Shown here one piece after another: positions 56,644 through 64,000 of a stretch of 64,000 bases of DNA. Below the pieces are notes generated by a model. The model saw only the letters and a program-made list of their open reading frames with translations. It did no database searches and had not been told where the DNA came from. The number at the start of each line of letters is the position of its first letter. Position 1 is the stretch's first letter. A program made the position numbers and the translations under genes. The stretch is from Patescibacteria group bacterium. GTDB taxonomy: Bacteria > Patescibacteriota > JABMPQ01 > JAQVVF01. The stretch covers positions 3,074-67,073 of the forward strand of contig JAQVVF010000002.1 in NCBI GenBank assembly GCA_028699085.1, given 5' to 3'.

Positions 56644-58488
56644 CTATTTAACGCCAATCGCAAAATATTGTGTTTTGACTGGATATTTTGTAAAGTATTT
56701 TACAATGAATTTCTTATCTTTCTTGATTATCTTTGCATCAGTGAATGTCGTATTAATATTCTGCCAAGCGCCAGTTCCTTTTTTGTATTTCAAGAATAGA
56801 TTTGATTTTGTTGCTGATTTGTTCTTCTTCAAATATTTCTTTAATTGCTTTTTAGTGAATTTGAATGATACTTTGATTTTGTATTTCTGTGATGATTTTT
56901 TTACTTTGTATTTGTACAAATTTGTTTTTAATTTCCATTTTTTCAAGAATGTTTTGTTTGGATAACCAGTTGATTTATTCCATTTCATCCAATATGCGCT
57001 GTTCTTTGTTAATTTTGTTGGAAGTTTTGTGAAATTGATAGTTAGATCTTGGCCAGAGATTGTTTGCTCATTTAAAGCTGATTCTAAAGTAAATTTTTGT
57101 CCTGCTTTCAATAAATCTTCAGCTTGATTATTTTCAATAATGTATGCTTCTGTTTTGATTTCTTCTGTATTACCAAGACTGTCAACTGAAAAGAATTTTA
57201 AAGTTGTATCTTGAGTAATTACTATTGGATTTGAATAAACTGTTGAAGAAGTTGTTGGATCAGTACCATCAATTGTGTAATAAGTTGCAACAACTGTTGA
57301 GTCTGCATCTGTGGCAGATAAAGTAACAGTTTGAGGAGCAGTATATGTTCCTCCAGCTGGCAAAGCTGTGGTTGTAGGAGCAAGGTAATCAATAAACCAT
57401 GAAGCAATGTAATTTGCTGATATACCATCGACTTCGGAAAATTCTCCACCAGCAAAAAGTTCGTCATTATAAACTCCCAAACCCCAAACAGGTTGATTCA
57501 TTCCTGAGCTACCAACTGAAGACCAAACAGAACCATTCCATTTAGCCATTCTATTAGCAGTCAACCCGTCGGCAGTAGTAAAATTTCCACCAGTATAAAG
57601 TTCATTGTTGTAGACCATAAAAGCATAAACAAAGCTATCCATTCCCGAACTTCCAACTGCAGACCAAGCAGAACCATCTCCTTTAGCAATATAATTAACC
57701 GAACCACCATCAGCAGTAGTAAAATACCCACCAGCATAAAGTTCGCTATTATAAACTGCTAAAGCGGCAACGGAAGTCTCCATCCCTGAACTACCTACTT
57801 GAGACCATGTAGAACCATTCCACTTAGCAATATGGCTAGCTCCATTACCATCAGCTGTAGTAAAATCTCCACCAGCATAAAGCTCGTTATTATAAACCGT
57901 TAGAGTAAGAACAGCTCCATCCATCCCTGAACTACCTACTTGAGACCATGCAGAACCATTCCATTTAGCAATACGATTAGCCGAAATACCATCAGCAGTA
58001 GTAAAATATCCACCAGCGTAGAGTTCATTATTATAAACTGCTAAAGTCTGAACTTGACCTCCTAGTCCTGCATTACCAACTTTAGACCACGCATAGCCAT
58101 TCCATTTTGCAATATAGTAAGCAGCTTGACCATCAACCTCAGAAAACCAACCACCAGCATAAAGCTCATTCTCATAAACTGCTAAAGCATAAACGGAGGG
58201 ACTAGAAGAGGTCATACCAGAAGTGCCAACTTTTGACCATGCAGAGCCATTCCATTTAGCAATACAATTAGCCGAAATACCATCAGCAGTAGTAAAATAC
58301 CCACCAACGTAAAGTTCATTATTATAAACTGTAAATGCATAAACAATATTATCAGTTCCAGAGCTTCCAACTTTCGACCATGTTGAACTTGTCTTTGCAT
58401 CAACATTATTAAAAAACAAAACGCTAGCCAATCCCAGACACAAGAATAAACCTAGACAAACCAAAACTTTTCTTAATAAACTCTTCAT
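56644..58488 (-). CDS. Secreted beta-propeller surface protein with K-rich C-terminal domain (paralog 5)
   Basis: Signal peptide, 8 blades (VYNNELYAGGxFTTADGxSANxIAKWNGSAWSxVGSSGM), and a C-terminal 0.8 kb near-identical to paralog 1. Confidence 0.8.
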   Translation of the reverse strand: MKSLLRKVLVCLGLFLCLGLASVLFFNNVDAKTSSTWSKVGSSGTDNIVYAFTVYNNELYVGGYFTTADGISANCIAKWNGSAWSKVGTSGMTSSSPSVYALAVYENELYAGGWFSEVDGQAAYYIAKWNGYAWSKVGNAGLGGQVQTLAVYNNELYAGGYFTTADGISANRIAKWNGSAWSQVGSSGMDGAVLTLTVYNNELYAGGDFTTADGNGASHIAKWNGSTWSQVGSSGMETSVAALAVYNSELYAGGYFTTADGGSVNYIAKGDGSAWSAVGSSGMDSFVYAFMVYNNELYTGGNFTTADGLTANRMAKWNGSVWSSVGSSGMNQPVWGLGVYNDELFAGGEFSEVDGISANYIASWFIDYLAPTTTALPAGGTYTAPQTVTLSATDADSTVVATYYTIDGTDPTTSSTVYSNPIVITQDTTLKFFSVDSLGNTEEIKTEAYIIENNQAEDLLKAGQKFTLESALNEQTISGQDLTINFTKLPTKLTKNSAYWMKWNKSTGYPNKTFLKKWKLKTNLYKYKVKKSSQKYKIKVSFKFTKKQLKKYLKKNKSATKSNLFLKYKKGTGAWQNINTTFTDAKIIKKDKKFIVKYFTKYPVKTQYFAIGVK

Positions 58489-58528
58489 AAATTTTATTTT
58501 TATTTTAATAAATAAATTGATTACTTAC

Positions 58529-58575
58529 ATAATATCACACCCGAAGAAGAAGAAGAAGAAGAAGAGTTATCCACA
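58529..58575 (-). promoter_or_regulatory. Promoter module of paralog 5: extended -10 (minus-strand TGATATTAT, hexamer 58529-58534), (GAA)7 at 58543-58563, TTATCCACA at 58567-58575
   Basis: Same order and spacing as the modules at 35421-35478 and 13097-13131. The -10 lies 41 nt upstream of the ATG at 58488. Confidence 0.45.
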
Positions 58576-58624
58576 AAAAAAAGAGCCCAAAATATTATGC
58601 TCTAATAAATTTTAAATTAAATCT

Positions 58625-59005
58625 CTATCTTTTATCCAAATATCCTTGCAATATCTCTCTCGCTGCCAACTGATGCTCATCAACATCACTTCCTGACTTT
58701 TTCGCTCCAATCGAAGTCAATCTTTCATCTTCTAATATAACTTTTGCGATAATCTCTTTTTTTAGTCTTTCAACAAAATATTCAGTCTTCTTTGTTTGAT
58801 TTGTTTTTTGGCCTTGCATATTCAAAGGCATACCAACTACAATCTCAGCAATTTCTTCTTTTTCAACAAGCTTCTTAATTTCGTTAATTAAATTGCTTAT
58901 TCCATTATTTTTTAAACTCAAAAAAGGCAATGCAATTTTATTTTGATCATCGCCTTTTGCTAATCCAATATGTTTTCCACCAAAATCTATTCCTAATATT
59001 GTCAT
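58625..59005 (-). CDS. ruvX: YqgF/RuvC-like pre-16S rRNA nuclease / Holliday junction resolvase-like
   Basis: MTILGIDFGGKHIGLA N-terminus. Confidence 0.8.
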   Translation of the reverse strand: MTILGIDFGGKHIGLAKGDDQNKIALPFLSLKNNGISNLINEIKKLVEKEEIAEIVVGMPLNMQGQKTNQTKKTEYFVERLKKEIIAKVILEDERLTSIGAKKSGSDVDEHQLAAREILQGYLDKR

Positions 59006-59138
59006 AAAAACTCTAAACTCTAAATTCTAAACAAATATAAAATTAAAATACCAAATTTAAAAACTAATCGTTAAATTTGAACATTTGTATTTTGAACATT
59101 TGAATTTGTTTAGAATTTTGTGCTTAGAATTTAGAATT
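59006..59138. repeat. AT-rich inverted-repeat intergenic element (homolog of 21299-21447)
   Basis: Shares CTAAATTCTAAAC...AAAATTAAAATACCAAAT...GTTTAGAATTTTGTGCTTAGAATTTAGAATTTTATT with the element at 21299-21447. Confidence 0.6.
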
Positions 59139-59894
59139 TTATTCTTTTGTCAATATTTCATATCCATCATCAGTTACAGCAACTGTATGTTCAAAGTGAG
59201 CAGATAATTCACCGTCCGCTGTCATTATTGACCAGCCATCAATTCCTTGTTTAATTCGCCAATCTCCAACATTAACCATTGGTTCAATTGCCAAAACCAT
59301 TCCCTTTTTCATTATTGGACCAGTTCCTTCACGTCCATAATTCAAAATTTGTGGTGGCTCATGAACTTGTTTTCCAACACCATGACCAGTTAAATCACGG
59401 ACAACTGAAAAACCATTTGCCTCAGCATATCTCTGGACTGCTTGTCCAATATCTCCAATATGTCCATTAGGCCTTACTTGATCAATACCTTTATACATTG
59501 AAGCTTCAGTAACTTTTATTAATTTATCAGCCAAAGGAGTCATCTTTCCAACACCAAAACTAATTGCACTGTCAGTATACAAATTTTTATATCTTAAACC
59601 GAAATCTAAACTCACTAAATCACCTTCTTTGATAATTCTATCTCCAGGAGTACAATGCACTATTTCATCATTTATAGATAAACAAACAGTTGCTGGATAA
59701 CCACGATAGCCCATAAAAGCGGGCTTTGCGTCAAATTTTTCACAAAGCTCATTTATTCTTTTATCTAATCCTTTAGTCAAATAGCCAGGTCTAGAGATTT
59801 CCTCTTTCAAAATTTCCATAATCCTCGCTAGCTTTCTTCCACCTTCATGGATTATCTCAATCTCTTCATCAGTTTTTATAATAATCTTTGACAT
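59139..59894 (-). CDS. map: Methionine aminopeptidase type I
   Basis: Pita-bread fold motifs (GHGVG..HE, AIEPM). Confidence 0.9.
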   Translation of the reverse strand: MSKIIIKTDEEIEIIHEGGRKLARIMEILKEEISRPGYLTKGLDKRINELCEKFDAKPAFMGYRGYPATVCLSINDEIVHCTPGDRIIKEGDLVSLDFGLRYKNLYTDSAISFGVGKMTPLADKLIKVTEASMYKGIDQVRPNGHIGDIGQAVQRYAEANGFSVVRDLTGHGVGKQVHEPPQILNYGREGTGPIMKKGMVLAIEPMVNVGDWRIKQGIDGWSIMTADGELSAHFEHTVAVTDDGYEILTKE

Positions 59895-59989
59895 AATTTT
59901 GAATTTTTAATTTCGAATTTTGAATCAATTTTAAATGACTCAATTTTTAATTTTGAAACAGATAATTTAAAAAAAATAAAATTCTGATT

Positions 59990-60658
59990 TCAAAATTCAG
60001 AATTCAAAATTTTCTGTAATTTATTCTTAATATCCTCATGTACAACCTGAATTGGCCTCTCTCCATTAATTTCCTGTAATACTCCCCGTTTTTTATATTC
60101 TAAAATTGCTGGCTGAACTTTTTCATGTGCCCATTTTAATCTCTCTTTAATTTTTTCCGGATTATCATCACTACGATGTTCTAATTTTCCTCCACATTTA
60201 GGGCAATTCAAATTTTTAGAATCTGCAGGTAAAACATTTTTACAGTCTACGCAAATCCTTCTTTGGGTCAATCTTTTCATTGCTTCTTCATCAGAAATTT
60301 GAATATTAAAAACAACAATTTTTTTATTAATTTCCATATCTTTCAAAATCTCATCCAAATCAAAAACTTGCTGACTTGTTCTTGGATAACCGTCTAAAAC
60401 GATAGTTTTGCCATGATCATTTTCTAACAAAGCTTTCTTAATCAATTCTTTAACCATTTCATCTGGTACTAACTTGCCCTCTTTGTGAATAATAACATCA
60501 ATTTTTTTTCCTAAATCTGTCTGCTTTTTTACTTCAGATCGCAAGATTCCGCCCATTTCAATATAATTAAAATCAAATTTTTCACCAATCATTTTGGCTT
60601 GTGTTCCCTTGCCAGATCCAGACGGCCCCATAAACAAAATTAATAATTTATTTTCCAT
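59990..60658 (-). CDS. adk: Adenylate kinase (with zinc-binding lid)
   Basis: Start set at MENKLLILFMGPSGSGKGTQ; the ORF track starts at 60712. The lid carries CVDCKNV...CPKCGG. Confidence 0.85.
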   Translation of the reverse strand: MENKLLILFMGPSGSGKGTQAKMIGEKFDFNYIEMGGILRSEVKKQTDLGKKIDVIIHKEGKLVPDEMVKELIKKALLENDHGKTIVLDGYPRTSQQVFDLDEILKDMEINKKIVVFNIQISDEEAMKRLTQRRICVDCKNVLPADSKNLNCPKCGGKLEHRSDDNPEKIKERLKWAHEKVQPAILEYKKRGVLQEINGERPIQVVHEDIKNKLQKILNSEF

Positions 60659-60788
60659 AATATAACTTAAATTGCTATTTAATAATATATCACTCTTCCA
60701 TAATTTAAACAAGAAAAAAGAAGGTTTCCACCTTCAGTCTTCGTATTCGTGAGATTCGTGGCCGTAAGGCATTCGTGAGATTCACGAT

Positions 60789-62069
60789 TTAATAAAAGCT
60801 TTCATAATCTCTCATCACCATTTCTGATTCTATTTGTCTCACTGTTTCAATAACTACACTAACCACGATCAAAATTCCAGTACCGCCAATTACTAACGAT
60901 GGCATATCAAATGCTGCTTTCATTATAAAAGGCAATACTGCAACAAGACCTAAGAAAAATGAGCCAGTCAAAGTAATTCTTGTCATCGTCTTTGTTAAAT
61001 ATTCTCTTGTATGAGTACCTGGCCTAATTCCAGGGATAAAGCCACCTTGTTTTTGTAAATGCTCAGAAATTTGCTTTGGATCAAAAGTAACTGCAGTATA
61101 AAAATAAGTAAAGAAAATTACCATTACAAAATATAATGCTCCATAAAATAAATTATTGTTAAACAAATCAGCAACATTTTGCGCAATATCCTTAACCATC
61201 GCATTATTCACATTAACCAAAAAATTCGCAATCATACCTGGCAATAACATTAATGACATCGCGAAAATGATTGGGATAACACCAGCTTGATTAACTTTCA
61301 AAGGTAAATGAGAAGTTGTTCCGCCATACATTTTCATACCTCGTACTCGTCTTGCATACTGAACAGGAATATTTCTTTGTCCTTCTGTTATAAAAACTAT
61401 ACCAGCAATTACAACAACTGCGACAACTGCAAAAATTACTAATTCTATTACCTTTGATTGTTCAAAATTAACAAATGTCTGTTGAATAGCCATAGGAATA
61501 GCAGAAACTATACCAGCAAAGATAATTAATGATACGCCATTGCCAATTCCTTTTTCAGTTATTAGTTCACCAAGCCACATCAAGAATATTGTTCCCGCTG
61601 TCAACGTTATAATCATCGTTGTCAATTTGAAAGGATCAAGATCGCCTAAAATATTTTGTCCTGATTTCTGTAATAATACAATCATCGAATAAGACTGCAA
61701 AGCAGCCAAAGGAATAGTCAACCATCTCGTAATCTGATTCATTTTTCTTCTGCCATCTTCGCCTTCTTCTTTTTGCATTTTCTCCAAAGCCGGCACAACC
61801 ATAACTAAAAGCTGCATAATAATAGAAGATGTAATATAAGGACCAACGCCCATTGCTACAATTGAAAAATTTTCCATGCCACCACCAGTGAACATATTTA
61901 ATAAACCAAAAATTTGGTTGCTTTCAAAAAAACTCTTCAAAGCTGCTGCATCAATACCTGGAACAGGAATATGAGCTGTAAATCTAAAAACAATCAAAAG
62001 ACCAACTGCGAATAAAATCTTTTTTCGTAGCTCTTTTATTTTAAAAATTTGGGCTATCTTCTGAAACAT
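60789..62069 (-). CDS. secY: Preprotein translocase subunit SecY
   Basis: 10-TM topology and conserved SecY motifs (GIGNGVSLIIFAGI). Confidence 0.9.
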   Translation of the reverse strand: MFQKIAQIFKIKELRKKILFAVGLLIVFRFTAHIPVPGIDAAALKSFFESNQIFGLLNMFTGGGMENFSIVAMGVGPYITSSIIMQLLVMVVPALEKMQKEEGEDGRRKMNQITRWLTIPLAALQSYSMIVLLQKSGQNILGDLDPFKLTTMIITLTAGTIFLMWLGELITEKGIGNGVSLIIFAGIVSAIPMAIQQTFVNFEQSKVIELVIFAVVAVVVIAGIVFITEGQRNIPVQYARRVRGMKMYGGTTSHLPLKVNQAGVIPIIFAMSLMLLPGMIANFLVNVNNAMVKDIAQNVADLFNNNLFYGALYFVMVIFFTYFYTAVTFDPKQISEHLQKQGGFIPGIRPGTHTREYLTKTMTRITLTGSFFLGLVAVLPFIMKAAFDMPSLVIGGTGILIVVSVVIETVRQIESEMVMRDYESFY

Positions 62070-62098
62070 CCTTGAATTTTTAATTTATATTAACAAAT

Positions 62099-62623
62099 CT
62101 ATTTACTAGTTTTTGCAATTTTTTGCACTTTTACAACTGGATTTTTCTTATTATCAGTAGCTTTTTCTTTTTTAACAATCTCAATAATTTTAATACTGCC
62201 ACCAGCCTTTTCAATTTTCTCTTTTGCAGATTTAGAAAAATAATCGGCAACAACATTCAGCTTCTTCTTAATATCGCCATCACCTAAAATTTTTACTTTT
62301 CTCTTAGCAGATTTAATCAAGCCAACCTCAAACATAACTTTTTTATCAATAGTATCATTATCCTTAAAATCCTTTTCCAAAGTTAAAACATTAACAATTT
62401 CATATTTGTCTGATAAACTCTTAAATCCTCTTTTCTTAGGGATTTGCATATACAAAGGAGTCCTACCGCCTTCAAAGCTTGGTCGCCTGCTATAACCTGA
62501 TCTAGCTTTCTGACCTTTACAACCTCTTCCAGAAAAAATTCCATGGCCAGATCCAATTCCACGTCCAACAATCTTTCTTTTCTTTGTAGATCCTTTTGCT
62601 GGTTTTAATTCGTATAATTTCAT
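62099..62623 (-). CDS. rplO: 50S ribosomal protein L15
   Basis: KRKIVGRGIGSGHGIFSGRGCKGQKARSG glycine-rich N-terminus. Confidence 0.85.
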   Translation of the reverse strand: MKLYELKPAKGSTKKRKIVGRGIGSGHGIFSGRGCKGQKARSGYSRRPSFEGGRTPLYMQIPKKRGFKSLSDKYEIVNVLTLEKDFKDNDTIDKKVMFEVGLIKSAKRKVKILGDGDIKKKLNVVADYFSKSAKEKIEKAGGSIKIIEIVKKEKATDNKKNPVVKVQKIAKTSK

Positions 62624-62643
62624 AATAATTAATATCCAATATC

Positions 62644-63240
62644 TTATTTTTTAACAACTTTAGCAACCTTTTTAACTTCAGCTACTTTCTTTATCTCAAC
62701 TTTTTCTTCTGTTTTTGCTTCCTTCTTCTTGCCAATCAAATCTTCAATTTTTTTTCCTCTTGATTCTGCAATCTCTTCAGGCTTTCTCAATTTTTCAAGT
62801 GCCAAAATAGCTGCTCTTGCATTATTTGGAGTATTATTTGAACCATACATCTTTGCAGTTATATTTCTTATTCCTGCCAAATCCATAACAGTACGCACTG
62901 CTCCGCCAGCAATAACGCCTGTTCCAGCTTTTGCAGGTTTCAAAAACACCTGTGCACCACAATATTTAACCCATACTTCATGTGGAATTGTATTATCAAC
63001 AATAGAAACTTTAATCATGTTCTTTTTTGCTATTGCCACAGCTTTTCCAATTGCCGTAGATACATCTCCGCCCTTACCCATTCCCATACCAACCATGCCT
63101 TTTTTGTTGCCCATAACAATAGTCGCTCTAAATCTAAAACGACGTCCACCAGCAACAATTCTAGTAACTCTAGCAATATCAACTAATTGTTGATCAAATT
63201 CATTTTTATCTCTTCCAAATTTTCTATTGTTTCTAGCCAT
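62644..63240 (-). CDS. rpsE: 30S ribosomal protein S5 (with K-rich C-terminal extension)
   Basis: VDIARVTRIVAGGRRFRFRATIVMGNKKGMVGMGMGKG motif. Confidence 0.85.
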   Translation of the reverse strand: MARNNRKFGRDKNEFDQQLVDIARVTRIVAGGRRFRFRATIVMGNKKGMVGMGMGKGGDVSTAIGKAVAIAKKNMIKVSIVDNTIPHEVWVKYCGAQVFLKPAKAGTGVIAGGAVRTVMDLAGIRNITAKMYGSNNTPNNARAAILALEKLRKPEEIAESRGKKIEDLIGKKKEAKTEEKVEIKKVAEVKKVAKVVKK

Positions 63241-63319
63241 TTATTTAATTCAGTAATTAAGTAATTTATAATTCGAAATAACTCGTAATTTAGTTATTTT
63301 TAATTTAGTTATTTAGTTA

Positions 63320-63664
63320 TTAGAATTTAAGTCCACCTTTTCTTGCGCCATCAGCCAAAGACTTAACCCTACCAGCATATTTATATCCGCCTCTATCAAA
63401 AACAACTTCTGTAATCTTCTTCTCTGATGCTTTCTTTGCAATCAATTTTCCAACTTCCAAAGCAATTTCACCTTTCTTTAACTTTAAATCTTTCAATTCT
63501 GTGTCAGTTGCAGCAACCAAAGTCTTACTAGCAGAATCATCAATCAATTGAGCATAGATATGTTTATTACTTCTGAACACTACTAACCTAGGCTTTGTTG
63601 AAAAACCTTCCATTCTTGATCTTATTCTTTTATGTCTTCTAATTCTAAGTAATTTTTTATTCAT
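63320..63664 (-). CDS. rplR: 50S ribosomal protein L18
   Basis: [18 protein letters not shown] motif. Confidence 0.85.
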   Translation of the reverse strand: MNKKLLRIRRHKRIRSRMEGFSTKPRLVVFRSNKHIYAQLIDDSASKTLVAATDTELKDLKLKKGEIALEVGKLIAKKASEKKITEVVFDRGGYKYAGRVKSLADGARKGGLKF

Positions 63665-63731
63665 ATAATAGACTGTAATTGATTATTCGCAAATGTATTC
63701 GTATTTATTCGAAAATTAATTCGTGCGCTAC

Positions 63732-64000
63732 CTATTTAGCTCCTTCTGAAGCAACAGCTTTTTTACCTTCTTTTCTAATAATATGTTCACCAAGATAATG
63801 GATTCCTTTACCTTTATAAGGTTCAGGTTTTTTAAATTCTCTTATTTCGGCTGCTGCTTGACCTACTAATTGTTTGTCAATTCCAGAAACAGTTATTAGA
63901 TTCTTTTTAACATCAAATTTAATTCCTTCAGGTGCTTTATATTCAATTGGATGAGAAAAACCTAATTTCATAACTAATTTATCGCCATTAATTTGAACAT
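63732..64000 (-). CDS. rplF: 50S ribosomal protein L6 (partial; the N-terminus lies beyond the window end)
   Basis: C-terminal half of L6 ([14 protein letters not shown]...GKGIHYLGE) immediately upstream of rplR. Confidence 0.8.
   Translation of the reverse strand, partial: VQINGDKLVMKLGFSHPIEYKAPEGIKFDVKKNLITVSGIDKQLVGQAAAEIREFKKPEPYKGKGIHYLGEHIIRKEGKKAVASEGAK

Overview
The window is AT-rich (roughly 30% GC judged by eye, not computed), gene-dense, and almost every CDS is on the minus strand. Genes use the standard genetic code with canonical stop codons. The content is mostly housekeeping: rplF-rplR-rpsE-rplO-secY-adk-map-ruvX, glycolysis genes (tpiA, fba, pgk, eno, gpmI), ackA plus a PduL-type phosphotransacylase, lepA, murJ, recJ, rnhA, and RNase P RNA. 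rpsE runs directly into rplO with no rpmD (L30) gene between them. That gap, the group 3b [NiFe]-hydrogenase cluster and the PduL/AckA pair together suggest a CPR/Patescibacteria-like bacterium; this is an inference. Accessory content stands out in five places. (1) A plus-strand, GC-richer 'arginine module' holds five tandem tRNA-Arg genes covering every Arg anticodon family, an arginine deiminase and arginyl-tRNA synthetase. (2) A five-member paralogous family of secreted 7-bladed beta-propeller proteins shares a lysine-rich C-terminal domain and near-identical 3' DNA modules. Three of the five have a duplicated promoter module made of a TTATCCACA box, a simple-sequence tract ((GAA)9, (GAA)7 or A8) and an extended -10. 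(3) A type II restriction-modification pair, a polysaccharide/glycosyltransferase cluster, a presenilin/SPP-like GxGD protease and a bacterial eRF1/Pelota-like protein sit next to a decayed tRNA-Thr locus. (4) A group 3b [NiFe]-hydrogenase cluster contains two paralogous proteins of unknown function. (5) A recurrent family of large AT-rich inverted-repeat elements fills intergenic gaps between co-directional genes. No CRISPR array and no obvious transposase or integrase were seen.
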